Below are positions 30,341 to 41,455 of a stretch of 64,000 nucleotides of DNA, piece after piece (positions within the stretch are counted from its first letter, which is position 1; every line of letters begins with the position of its first letter). The stretch covers positions 1 through 64,000 of the IMG/VR virus record IMGVR_UViG_3300045988_145683. One strand, written 5' to 3'. This DNA is from a virus. A model generated the notes under the pieces. That model had not been told where the DNA came from, did no database searches, and saw only the letters and a program-made list of their open reading frames with translations. The translations under genes and the position numbers were made by a program.

Positions 30341-31006
30341 ATGGCTACGAAATATGACTTAACTGATAAACAAATTGGAAAATTAAAAGTTATACGTCTT
30401 TGCTCAATAGAAGAACGTCCGACGCAAACCCATGGAAATTATTGGTTATGTAAATGTGAATGTGGCAATTATTGTAAAGTGCCTACTTCATATTTAACAG
30501 GAAATGGGAATTATACCCAAACTAGTTGTGGTTGTGATAGAAAGAAAAAAGCTTTCCAAGCAACAACTTATATAGAAGTTGAAGAAGATTTTCTTAATGA
30601 ATTTAAAGAAGATTTTGAAAAATATTTATTTTTACATAAAGCATTAAGAATTACTCATAGAGATTTGCTTTATTATAATAATCATATTGAAGAATATAAA
30701 ACTATTATAAGATATTTTTGGCAAGATAAACAATTTAATAAAGTATACCAATTTTGGAATAATAATAAGAATAAAAATAAAACATTTTATGATTGGGCCA
30801 AACCTAGCTTAGATCATATAATTCCAATCTCCAAAGGTGGAGAAGAAAAATTAGAAAATTATCAATTTTTAACAGTTTATGAAAATTTTTCAAAAAGAGA
30901 TATGACAATGGAAGAATGGAATGATTTTAAAATAAAAACAAATACTACTTCAGATTATTTTATTGATAAAATAATGAATTTGGAAGGAGGGTTGGAGTTA
31001 GAATGA
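30341..31006 (+). CDS. HNH endonuclease with N-terminal Cys-rich (zinc-finger-like) region
   Basis: LDHIIPISKGGEEKLENYQFLTVYENFSKRD HNH motif. Its TGA stop overlaps the polymerase ATG (ATGA). Confidence 0.6.
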   Translation: MATKYDLTDKQIGKLKVIRLCSIEERPTQTHGNYWLCKCECGNYCKVPTSYLTGNGNYTQTSCGCDRKKKAFQATTYIEVEEDFLNEFKEDFEKYLFLHKALRITHRDLLYYNNHIEEYKTIIRYFWQDKQFNKVYQFWNNNKNKNKTFYDWAKPSLDHIIPISKGGEEKLENYQFLTVYENFSKRDMTMEEWNDFKIKTNTTSDYFIDKIMNLEGGLELE

Positions 31007-34000
31007 GATCATATTTTGGTATCCATAATCATACTATGTATTCGAATCTCCGCTTACTTTGATTGTATTAATAGACCGCAAGCTCTTATTGACAAAGCGA
31101 TAGAATTAGGCCTATCAGGAATAACTATTACAGACCATGAATGCCTTTCTGCGCATATGGAAGTAAATCAATATGCAAAAAAAATAAGAGAAGAAAATCC
31201 TGATTTTACTATTGCTCTTGGTAATGAAATTTATCTCACTGATACAAGAGATAACGGACAAAAATATTACCACTTTATTCTTATTGCTAAAGATGCCATC
31301 GGACATAAAGCATTAAGAGAATTAAGTTCTATTGCTTGGATTCATAGTTATGTTGATAGACGTATGGAACGAGTTCCTACTTTAAAAAGTGAACTTGAAA
31401 TGGTAATGGAACAATATAAAGGGCATGTTATAGCAACAACTGCTTGTATTGGTGGAGAACTCGGTAGCTGTATTTTACCAATGTTCCAAGCAGAATTAAA
31501 TAAAGATATTGAAACTCAAACTAAATATTACAATCAAATAATTGATTATATCAATTTTTGTATTAAAGTATTTGGAAAAGATGATTTTTATCTTGAATGT
31601 GCGCCATTTACTGACGCTGAGCAAATAATTGTAAATCATAAAATTTATCAAATCGCCAAGGCGTTTGATTTAAAAATGGTAGTTGGAACAGATGCGCATT
31701 ATTTAACTAAAGAAGATAGACCCATTCATAAAGCATATCTTACTTCTAAGCCAGGAGAAAGAGAGGTTGACGATTTTTATAAATTTACTTACTTAATGAC
31801 AAGTGATGAAATTTTTGAATTAATGGAACCTTATGCTAATGATTGGGATAAAGATAATAAAACAGGAAAAGAATTGATAAATTGGATTCTTGATAACACT
31901 CAAGAGATCCAAAATAAAATTTCTTTTTATTCATTAGAAAGAAAACAAATTATTCCAAAAGTTGAAGTAAAAGATTATAAGAAAGGATTCATTCCTTCAA
32001 ACTGGTTTGATAAATATCCAATTATTTGTTCTTTAATTAATAGCGACAATATTCAAGAACGATATTGGGTAAATGAATGTATTAAAGCTTTACAAGAAAA
32101 GCAACTTTATGATAATAAAAATTATTTAGAGCGACTTGAAATTGAAGCTGATATCATAAAAGATATTGGCGAAAAATTAGATGATTGTCTTTTTGCTTAT
32201 TTTAATACTTTCCAACATTATATTAATTTATTTTGGGAATGTGGAAGTATTGTAGGCCCTGGACGTGGTTCAGCGACTGGCTTTTTATCTAATTATCTTT
32301 TAGGCATTACTCAATTAGACCCAATTCGTTGGGGACTTCCTTATTGGAGATTTTTAAATAAGGAGCGTGCAGAATTGCCTGATATTGATATTGACCTTGC
32401 CCCAAGTAAACGTCCCGCGATTTTCAAAGCAATTAGAAAAGAACGCGGAGAATTGGGATTGGTTCAAGTTGCCACATTTGGAACTGAAGGCACTAAACAA
32501 AGTATTTTAACTGCTTGCCGTGGATATAGAAGTAAAGAATTTCCAGAAGGAATTGATGTTGATAATGCTCAATATATGTCTTCATTAATTCCCCAAGAAC
32601 GTGGATTTTTATGGCCTATTCATGATGTTATTTATGGTAATGAAAAAAAAGACCGTAAACCCGTTCAAGCATTTATTCGAGAAGTAAACCAATATCCGGG
32701 CCTTTTGGATATTATTGTATATATTGAAGGAATGGTTAATAAACGTTCTTCTCATGCTTCTGGTGTTATTTTATATGGCGATGACCCATTTGATACAGCA
32801 TCATTTATGAGAACTCCTAGTGGAGATATGATTACTTGTTGGGATCTTCATAAAGCGGAAGCTGCTGGAGATACAAAATATGACTTCCTTGTAACTGAAG
32901 CTTCTGACAAAATTATTACTTGTTATCAATTACTTCTAAAAGATAAGCAGATTCCAGAATTATCTTTACGAGATTTTTATAATAAATATATTCATCCAGA
33001 AGTAATAGATACGACTGATCAAGCAATTTGGGATCACCTCGCTGCCGGTGATGTATTAGATGTATTTCAATTTTCTACGGGAGTTGGTTTGGCAATTGCG
33101 AAACGTCTTAAGCCCCAAGACCCTATGGAAATGACGGCAGCAAATGCTATGATGCGTCTTATGTCTGAAAAAGGTAAAGAATCACAGCAAGATAGATATT
33201 ATCGCATTCAACATTCAGGTATTAAAGTATTCGATGATGAAATGAAGGCTCAGCGTCTTCCGCAAGAATTAATTGATAAGATGCATAAGCATTGTGATAA
33301 ATATTATGGATGTTGTCCTATTCAAGAGCAAATGATGGAAATTCTTATGGATGTAGCTCATTTTACTCTTGGTGAAGCTAATACTGCGCGTAAGATTGTT
33401 GCTAAAAAGCAAATGATTAAAATTCCACAATTGAAAGAACAAGTATTTAGTAAATTTGATAATGAAAAATCTGCTGAATACTTTTGGGAAATTGCAGTTG
33501 CTCCTCAATTAGGATATGCATTTAGCCTTAACCACTCTCTTCCTTATTCATTTGTAGCAATTCAAATGATTTACTTAGTAATTCATTTTAATCCTATCTA
33601 TTGGGATACCGCTTGCTTAATTGTTAATAGTGGCTCCCTTGAAGATAATAGCGAAGAAGAGATTGTTGATATTTATGCTCCTGAAGGCGATGATTTAGCT
33701 AATGGAGTAACATTTGAAGATCTTCCTGACAAAAGTGGCAAAATCCGCAAAACCGCGGCTACTGATTATGGAAAAATTGCCAAGGCTATTAGTGACATTC
33801 AAAAAGCAGGAATTGAAGTAGGTCTTCCTGATATTAACAAATCTAAATTTGGATTTGCCCCTGATATTGAAAATAATAAAATCCTTTTTGGATTAAAAGG
33901 TATGCTAAATGTTGGTGATGAATTAGTTAATACAATCATTGCCAATCGTCCTTATTCAAATCCTAAAGAATTTTTATACCGTATTAAGCCAGGTAAACAA

Positions 34001-34993
34001 GCTATGATTTCTCTTATTAAAGGCGGAGCTTTTGATAATATGATGGATAGAAAAGAATTAATGATTTGGTATATTTGGGAAACTTGCGATAAAAAGAAAA
34101 GAATTACTCTTCAAAATATGGGCGGACTTATGAAGTATGATCTTCTTCCAGAAGAAAATGAAAATCAAATTATGGCTCGCCGCATTTATGAATTTAATAG
34201 ATATTTAAAAGCAATTTGTAAAACTGCAAAAAATAACAGTTTATATCGACTTGATGAACGAGCAATTAATTTTTTAGTAGAAATTGGAGAAGATAATAAT
34301 ATTCAATTTGATGGAACTAATTATTTTTTAAGTGAAAATGTTTGGAATAATATATACCAAAAGTGGATGGATATATTTCGCGCTTGGATTGCTAATAACA
34401 AAGATGAAATTTTGAATAATCTAAATATGAAAATATTTAAAGATGATTGGGATAAATACGCTAATAAAAATAATTTATCCGCTTGGGAAATGGAAGTTCT
34501 TTGTTATTATTATCATAGTCATGAATTGAACAATATTAACAATGATAAGTATGGATTTGCAGATTTCTTTAAGCTTCCAGAAGATCCAATAGTTGATAGA
34601 AGTTTTACTAAAGGAAATCATACTATTCATATTTATAAGTTATTTAAAATTTGTGGAACTTGTATTGCCAAAAATAAGACTAAAAGCACTGTAACTATTC
34701 TTACTACTACTGGTCCTGTAGAAGTAAAGTTTAGAAAAGAATATTTTAGTTTGTTTGATAAACAAATTTCAGAGCGTGGAGCGGACGGAACTAAACATAT
34801 TGTTGAAAAATCTTGGTTTAATCGCGGAAATATGATTGTAGTCTCTGGAATTCGTAATGGAGATAATTTCATGTCAAAAAAATATGCTTCTTCTGGAGGA
34901 CATCAATTATATAAAATTGATGAAATTTTATCCAATGGCGATTTAGTTTTAAAAGATGCTCGTTATCAAGGAGGAATTGAAGAAGATGTATAA
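31003..34993 (+). CDS. dnaE: DNA polymerase III alpha subunit (DnaE-type, PHP N-terminus); needs a +1 frameshift at CTT TGA T (31057-31063)
   Basis: ATG 31003 follows a GGAAGGAGGG RBS and encodes MRSYFGIHNHTMYSNLRLL, the first half of the PHP motif. It then hits TGA. The +1 frame (track ORF 31016..34993) continues DCINRPQALIDKAIELGLSGITITDHE... The core GPGRGSATGFLSNYLLGITQLDPI...PDIDIDLA matches DnaE. Length is 3n+1. Confidence 0.75.
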
Positions 34994-35561
34994 AATTATT
35001 GCATTATGTGGAAAATCTGGTGCAGGAAAAGATAGCCTAATGATGGCTACCTTTTCCCGCTTAGAGGAATATCTAAATCCTATTATAAGCCACACTACGC
35101 GCCCAAAGCGTGAAAAAGAAATAGCAGACAAAAATTATCATTTTGTTTCAGATAATCAGTTTTTAACTTTAATTGATGAAAATAAAATGTTAGAAACCAC
35201 TTCTTTTAATAATTGGTATTATGGCACAAGTATTGATAGTTTGTCTGATAGTAAAATTAATATTGGTGTTTTTAATCCTGAAGGAATTATAAGTCTTCTT
35301 AAAGATGATAGAATTGAATTGGAGATATATTATATCACCGCTAAAGGAAAAACTCGCTTAATTAGGCAATTAAACAGAGAAGAAAATCCTGATGTAGATG
35401 AAATTATTAGAAGATATACTGCTGATGAAATTCAATTTCAGCTAATGAATGATATTAAGTGCAATATTGTGACAAATGAAACATTAAAAGATTATAATAA
35501 TATTGTTAATCTTTTAACTCAAAAAGTTAAACAATGGGCGGAAATGGACCAAGATAAATAA
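34986..35561 (+). CDS. gmk: guanylate kinase-like nucleoside monophosphate kinase
   Basis: ATG 34986 overlaps the polymerase end. GKSGAGKDSL P-loop and a TTRPKREKE...YHFVS signature. Confidence 0.65.
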   Translation: MYKIIALCGKSGAGKDSLMMATFSRLEEYLNPIISHTTRPKREKEIADKNYHFVSDNQFLTLIDENKMLETTSFNNWYYGTSIDSLSDSKINIGVFNPEGIISLLKDDRIELEIYYITAKGKTRLIRQLNREENPDVDEIIRRYTADEIQFQLMNDIKCNIVTNETLKDYNNIVNLLTQKVKQWAEMDQDK

Positions 35562-35635
35562 TTATTTACTAACAAAATCTAAATATAGTAGAATATTCTA
35601 AAAGAACTACTATATTTAGTTTGGAGGCAAAAAAA

Positions 35636-36879
35636 TTGTATATTATTAAACGTGATGGAAGTATAACTCAATTTAATAAAAAGAAAATTATTAACGCAAT
35701 AAATAAAGCATTTATTGAAGTTGATGGTAAACTATATGAAGATGATACTGCGAAAGATATTGCGGAAGACATTGAAAGACAAATAAATCATTTCCCCGAT
35801 GGAAGTGTTGGAGTAGAAGATCTTCAAGATTGGATTGAAGATTATTTAATGCGTTCTGAGCGACGTGATGTTGCTCGTGCTTATATCAGATATAGATATA
35901 AAAAAGAAGTTGCTCGTAATAAAAAAGATGATTTTATTAAAGCAATTCGTGAAAAGCTCGATGGTAATAATGTAAAAAATCAAAATGCTAATGTTGATGA
36001 ACATTCATTCGGCGGTCGCACTGGTGAAGCAAGTAGTGTTGTTACCAAACAACTTGCGCTTGATTATTTACTTTCACCTATGGCTCGTAAGAATCATATT
36101 GATAATATTATTTATACTCACGATCTTGATTCTTATTATGTTGGTTCTCATAATTGTTTAAGTATTCCCTTTGATAATTTACTCGCCAATGGATTTAATA
36201 CTCGTCAAGCTGATGTTCGTCCTGCGGGCTCAATTAATACAGCATTTCAATTAATCGCTGTTATTTTCCAAATTCAAAGCCTTTGTCAATTTGGTGGAGT
36301 TAGCGCCACTCATTTAGATTGGACTATGGTTCCTTATGTAAGAAAATCTTTCTTTAAACATTTCAATGATGGTATTGAGTTTTTATATGAAGGATTAGAT
36401 ATGAACAAATATGATGGCTGCTATAGTAAAGAAACTTCTATTGAAGATGATTTTTATAAATCATTTCCAAAAGCATATAAATATGCTATGAAAATGACTG
36501 TCCGTGAAACTCATCAAGCTGCGGAAGGTCTTTATCATAATCTTAATACTTTACAATCTCGTAGTGGAAATCAATTACCATTTACAAGTATTAATTATGG
36601 TACTTGTACTAAACTAGAAGGTAGAATGGTAACTAAAGCATTATTAGATGTTTCTATTGAAGGTCTTGGTAAACTTCATAAAACTTCGATTTTCCCTTGC
36701 GGAATTTTCCAATGTATGAAAGGTGTTAATCGCAAACCTGGTGATCCTAATTATGATTTATATAGATTAGCATTAGAAAGCACCGCGAGACGCCTTTATC
36801 CTAATTACGCAAATGTTGATTGGTCTGGTAATGCAGGATATGATATTAATGATCCTCGCACTTATTTTTCTACAATGGG
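35636..36879 (+). CDS. nrdD: anaerobic ribonucleoside-triphosphate reductase NrdD, exon 1 (ATP-cone + core)
   Basis: GGAGG RBS then TTG 35636 (track start 35621). N-terminal ATP-cone (IIKRDGSITQFNKKKI). Exon 1 probably ends ...YFSTMG at about 36879. The exon continues into a TGA at 36911, consistent with an intron. Confidence 0.7.
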
Positions 36880-37730
36880 TAAGCGTAAACTCAGCCCATT
36901 TAAAATCTTTTGAACTGCGCCCGCAGGTGTCTCTATGAAGAGGCTAACGGTTAGGTCTTAATATAATTAGCTGTAATATTAAGATGAGACCGTGCTAAGA
37001 TTCATCATAATATTCATATAAAGGAGGTGCCCTTAATGTGGATATATAAAATAATAAATATTCAAAATAATAAAGTATATATTGGTTAGTCGATTAGACC
37101 AATTAATCAAAGATTCCAAAGACATATAAATGATGCTCTTAATAATATTCTCGATACTCATTTTGCTAGAGCAATAAGAAAATATGGTAAAAAAAATTTT
37201 ATTATAGAAGAAATTGATACAGCCAATACTCAAGAAGAATTAAATGAAAAAGAGCAATATTGGATTAAATATTATGATTCAGTAACAAATGGTTATAATG
37301 AAACAGATGCCATTTCTAAGTGTGGTGGAAATACTTACCAATCTAAAACTGAAAAAGAAATGGAAATTATTAAAGACAAAATTCGACAAACTAAAATAGG
37401 AAGTAAAAATCCTATGGCTAAAAAAATAAAAAGAATAAATATTCTTACTAATGAAGTAGATATTTTTGATACTATTATTAGTTGTGCTAAAGCTTGTGGA
37501 ATTTAGAATGGTAAAACTTCTATTACAGATAGATTAAATGGTAAAATTAAAAGTCCATTTAAAAATACTTGGAAATTTGAATATTATGATGAATAAAGTG
37601 TATCGACTATCCCTGATGAATGTAAGGGAGTAGACTTGGAGATAGGCACCAAGTCGAAGCGGAAGACAACTCTATCTTATAGATAGAATGATAATATAGT
37701 CAGTGCCGATGGTGACATCGGGTAAACATG
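36880..37730 (+). other. group I intron in nrdD with embedded homing endonuclease ORF
   Basis: The NrdD reading frame breaks between ...STMG and CRTANGWDINGF... Internal guide GCCCAT about 12 nt into the insert pairs with exon ATGGGT (U.G at the splice site). The insert ends in G. An RBS+ORF lies in a loop. Compare the T4 nrdD (sunY) intron. Confidence 0.55.
37036..37596 (+). CDS. intron-encoded GIY-YIG homing endonuclease, 2 in-frame TAG codons
   Basis: AAGGAGG RBS. MWIYKIINIQNNKVYIG-Q-SIRPINQRFQRH, with TAG at the invariant Gln (37087). Second TAG at 37504, inside a C-terminal HTH-like tail parallel to the 1025 enzyme. 3' boundary uncertain by about 1 codon. Confidence 0.65.
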
Positions 37731-38741
37731 TGTAGAACTGCAAATGGTTGGGATATTAATGGATTCGGTCAACTTAAAGATGGACGTGGAAATATTTGTC
37801 CTGTTACTATTATTCTTCCTACTCTTGCGATGATGGCCGTTACTCTAAATGAAAATGATAATTGGGATGACTATAAGTCATTATCCCAAGAAGAACGGAC
37901 TAAAATTGGTGTAGAACGATTTATGTCTTTACTCGATAGAAAAATCAATGAAGCACGTATTCAATTAATGGAACGTTTTGAATGGATTTGTTCTCAAGAC
38001 CCAGGCTCCGCGAGATTTATGTATGAAAATAATGTTATGGCAGGTTATGTTCCAGAAGAAGGAATTCGTTCCGCTCTTAAGCACGGAACTCTTGCTATTG
38101 GTCAGTTAGGTTTGGCTGAAACTCTTCAAATTCTTATTGGTAAAGATCATACCACTTCAGAAGGAATGGAATTAGCTAAACGAATTGAACAATTATTTAA
38201 AGATAGATGCGCCGAGTATAAAGAAAAATATAAACTAAATTTTGGAGTTTATTATACGCCCGCAGAAAATCTTTGCTATACTGCTATGACAAAGTTTAAA
38301 GAAAGATACGGCGAAATTCCTAATGTTAGTGATAAAGAGTTTTTTACCAATAGTATTCACGTTCCAGTATGGAAAGAAATGAGTCCATTTGAAAAAATTG
38401 AAATTGAATCTGAATTAACTGGTTATTCCTCCGCAGGATGTATTACCTATGTCGAACTTGATTCTACTGTAAAACATAATATTGATGCTCTTGAAACTAT
38501 TGTCAATTATGCGATGGATCACGATATTCCTTATTTCGCAGTAAACGTTCCTAATGATACTTGCCTTGAATGTGGTTATTGTGATGAATTTAATGATTCT
38601 TGTCCTGAGTGCGGAAGCCACAATATTCAGCAATTGCGTCGTGTGACTGGTTATCTTACAGGCAATTATAAAACTGCTTTTAATTGGGGTAAACAAAAAG
38701 AAGTTGAAGCAAGAGTAAAACATACAGGAGCATTAGAATGA
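37731..38741 (+). CDS. nrdD: NrdD exon 2 (glycyl-radical and zinc-ribbon C-terminal region)
   Basis: Track ORF 37728..38741. CLECGYCDEF...CPECGS zinc ribbon and an RRVTGYLTG glycyl-radical-like motif. TGA stop. Confidence 0.7.
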   Translation, partial: CRTANGWDINGFGQLKDGRGNICPVTIILPTLAMMAVTLNENDNWDDYKSLSQEERTKIGVERFMSLLDRKINEARIQLMERFEWICSQDPGSARFMYENNVMAGYVPEEGIRSALKHGTLAIGQLGLAETLQILIGKDHTTSEGMELAKRIEQLFKDRCAEYKEKYKLNFGVYYTPAENLCYTAMTKFKERYGEIPNVSDKEFFTNSIHVPVWKEMSPFEKIEIESELTGYSSAGCITYVELDSTVKHNIDALETIVNYAMDHDIPYFAVNVPNDTCLECGYCDEFNDSCPECGSHNIQQLRRVTGYLTGNYKTAFNWGKQKEVEARVKHTGALE

Positions 38742-39190
38742 AATATGCAGGAATTATAAAGAATGATTTGGCGGCGGCACCCGGAGTATGTGTATCATTT
38801 TTTACACAAGGGTGTCCGCACCATTGTGAAGGATGTCAAAATCCCGAAACATGGGATTTTAATGGTGGTAAAGAATTTACTAATAAAGTATTAGATGAAT
38901 TAATTACTGCTATTAATGCGAATAATGTTGAACGTAATCTTTGTATTATGGGTGGAGAACCTCTCTGCCCTGAAAATGAATTTTTAACTAATTTAGTTAT
39001 TACTGAAATTAAAAAAATATATCCAAATATTAAAATATATATATGGACTGGATATGTTTATGATGATTTGAAGAATAGTAATAATATTAGAATTAAGAAT
39101 ATATTAAAAACCGCTGATTATCTAATTGATGGACCATATATCCAAAAGGAAAGAGATATTACTTTACCTTTACGCGGTTCCCGCAATTAG
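38738..39190 (+). CDS. nrdG: anaerobic RNR activating protein NrdG (radical SAM)
   Basis: GCPHHCEGCQNPETW CxxxCxxC cluster. The terminal codon is TAG (39188); if decoded, the ORF extends to TGA 39232. Confidence 0.75.
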   Translation: MKYAGIIKNDLAAAPGVCVSFFTQGCPHHCEGCQNPETWDFNGGKEFTNKVLDELITAINANNVERNLCIMGGEPLCPENEFLTNLVITEIKKIYPNIKIYIWTGYVYDDLKNSNNIRIKNILKTADYLIDGPYIQKERDITLPLRGSRN

Positions 39191-39209
39191 AACATTATTA
39201 ATTTAAAAC

Positions 39210-39238
39210 TTGACAAAAAAGAAAATTTGTGATATAAT
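39210..39238 (+). promoter_or_regulatory. sigma70-like promoter TTGACA-17-TATAAT
   Basis: Exact consensus hexamers with a 17-nt spacer. Confidence 0.5.
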
Positions 39239-39271
39239 TTTTCTATAAAATAGATAGGAGATTATATAACA

Positions 39272-39805
39272 ATGAATGTTTTTTATACTAATACGATGGG
39301 AGAATTATATAATTCTCCTCGTAAATTCGAAGAAGGAACTATTGCCATTTCTGGTGAAGATCAGAAACAATATTGTTATACTGGAAATGAATGGGTAATG
39401 GTAGGAACTACTACTAATAATTTATCAGATAATTCTACTACATTCCAAACTGGAATGAATTTATATGATTTTAATAAAAATATTATGATACAAATGGATC
39501 CAATTAATGAAGAAGAATTAAATAAATTAATGAGTAGTATTAATGAAATAAGTGAATATGGAATGTATTATATGTTATTATGTAAAGATTATAATTATTA
39601 TACCATTTTTCACAGAAATATTCCTCCAATTATTTCAACTGGTTCTGTAGCGAGTATGGTAATTATACTTTGCCAAGAATTAGGAAGTATTGTTGGTTGG
39701 GAAAAAAATAATGATAATGCTATTGAAATTTGGATAAATATTGATAATGAATCTTATTGTTTTTATTTATTCCAATATGATGCTGGTATTGTGGAGTGTA
39801 ATTAA
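39272..39805 (+). CDS. hypothetical protein
   Basis: Track ORF. Confidence 0.35.
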   Translation: MNVFYTNTMGELYNSPRKFEEGTIAISGEDQKQYCYTGNEWVMVGTTTNNLSDNSTTFQTGMNLYDFNKNIMIQMDPINEEELNKLMSSINEISEYGMYYMLLCKDYNYYTIFHRNIPPIISTGSVASMVIILCQELGSIVGWEKNNDNAIEIWINIDNESYCFYLFQYDAGIVECN

Positions 39806-40066
39806 ATGATTGTTTGTAATATTAATTTATTTTCAATGGAACAAAATGTTTTTAAAACTTATGATGATGGAATGGCAGTAAGTATTGGAACTTGTAGTAT
39901 TCCTGATCTTCCAAATGTTTTAGTAGCATCTTGTTATAAGAATGATACTGATACTATACGTTTATATGGTATTGAAGATTTTATTAATGAATTAATTCCA
40001 AAAATTTATGAAAGTAATAGTTTAAATTATTCCAATAGAAAAGAAATTAAAGTTGAGGTAGGTTAA
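39806..40066 (+). CDS. hypothetical protein
   Basis: Track ORF. Confidence 0.3.
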   Translation: MIVCNINLFSMEQNVFKTYDDGMAVSIGTCSIPDLPNVLVASCYKNDTDTIRLYGIEDFINELIPKIYESNSLNYSNRKEIKVEVG

Positions 40067-40314
40067 TGAATAAGTATCTTGTAAGTGCTACAGAAGTTTA
40101 TCGTGTAGATAATGAGGAAAGTGCGGCTGCGCTTATTGATGAGGCTAAGGCTGAAACTAAATATATTTTAGCTAAGTATAGTTCAGTAAAGAAAGAAAAA
40201 AAGGCTAAGGGTGAAATTGTCGATGAATGGTATCAAGTCACTCTTGTTAAAAAATTCAATGATGAAAAAGATCCTATTAGTAATATTGATGTAAATTATG
40301 AGGTAAGCTTTTAA
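40066..40314 (+). CDS. hypothetical protein
   Basis: Track ORF. Confidence 0.3.
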   Translation: MNKYLVSATEVYRVDNEESAAALIDEAKAETKYILAKYSSVKKEKKAKGEIVDEWYQVTLVKKFNDEKDPISNIDVNYEVSF

Positions 40315-40832
40315 TGAAGTTTGAACGAGTAAGCAAATATCCAGACGCGGTTTTGCCCGTAAGAAAAACAGCGAAATCCGCAGGCTATGATTTTACAGTA
40401 GCAGAAGATGTTGTAATTCCAGCATATAAGAATTTGCTAAATAGATTTCCAACACGTTATTTTGATTCAATCTCTCTTGAAGATATGGGTAATATGACAA
40501 AAAATCTTAAAGCAAAACCAACTCTTGTGCCTACTGGAATTAAATGTGAATTAAATGATAATACATATCTTGAATTATCAGTTCGCAGTTCTTGTCCTTT
40601 AAAATATTGGCTTATTCTTGCCAATGGCGTTGGGATTATTGACGCAGACTATTATAATAATCCTGACAATGAAGGACATATTTATTTTCAAATGATTAAT
40701 TTATCTCCTTTTGATATCCAACTTCATAAAGGTGATGTTATTGGTCAAGGTATTATTAAACCTTATTTAATCACCGAAGATGATAATGCTTCTGGTGATC
40801 GCCTTGGAGGATTTGGCTCAACTTCAAAGTAA
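40314..40832 (+). CDS. dut: dUTP diphosphatase (dUTPase)
   Basis: AGYDF, RSS, GVGIIDADY, and a C-terminal RLGGFGSTSK motif V. Confidence 0.85.
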   Translation: MKFERVSKYPDAVLPVRKTAKSAGYDFTVAEDVVIPAYKNLLNRFPTRYFDSISLEDMGNMTKNLKAKPTLVPTGIKCELNDNTYLELSVRSSCPLKYWLILANGVGIIDADYYNNPDNEGHIYFQMINLSPFDIQLHKGDVIGQGIIKPYLITEDDNASGDRLGGFGSTSK

Positions 40833-40865
40833 TTACCTCAAACCTTAAAGAAAGGAGGTAATTAC

Positions 40866-41378
40866 TTGAATATCCTCTTTTTAGATTTATCTACTAAATC
40901 TACTGGTTATTGTGTATCTAATAATGAGGGAGAAATGTTAGATTATGGACTGTTAACCGCGATTTCCTCTAATAATTTAGATAGAATACAAAAAATACAA
41001 GATTAGATTATTGAATTAGTAAAAAAATATAATATAGAGAAGATAGTAGCGGAAGATGTTCATCCTGAAACTTATGGATATTCTGATACTTCACGTTTAT
41101 TAATGTGGCTTCAAGGCGCAGTAATGTTAGGCGCACATGGAGTTAATTCTTCATTTACTTCCAAAACATTAGAGCTGATGTAGGCAAGTGAATGGCGCAA
41201 AAAACTCGGAATTAAAACCGGCCGCAGTGTTAAACGTGAAACTCTTAAACAAGCCGATATTGATTTTGTATAGCAAAAATATAATATAAAAGCCAATGAT
41301 GATATATGTGATGCTATATGTTTATATACTGCATATTTCACGAAAGAAAGCCCCAATAATGATTTTAATTGGGAATAA
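40866..41378 (+). CDS. ruvC: RuvC-family Holliday-junction resolvase (phage type), 3 in-frame TAG codons
   Basis: AAGGAGGTA RBS then TTG 40866. NILFLDLSTKSTGYCV and a C-terminal DDICDAICLYTAY motif. TAGs at about 40998, 41181, 41271. Antisense track ORF 41111..41356 is discarded. Confidence 0.65.
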
Positions 41379-41455
41379 TAGGTAGGCCTTAAATAAATAA
41401 TTCTCCTTCCTTTCTTTTAAAATATATTAGAAGTTAATGGAAGGAGGTATTTTTT

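Noticed and set aside
37033-37233. Minus-strand ORF inside the nrdD intron
   Set aside because: Antisense to the GIY-YIG homing endonuclease, whose motifs are unambiguous on the plus strand.
41111-41356. Minus-strand 81-aa ORF
   Set aside because: Antisense to the RuvC-like gene, which becomes continuous once TAG is read through.
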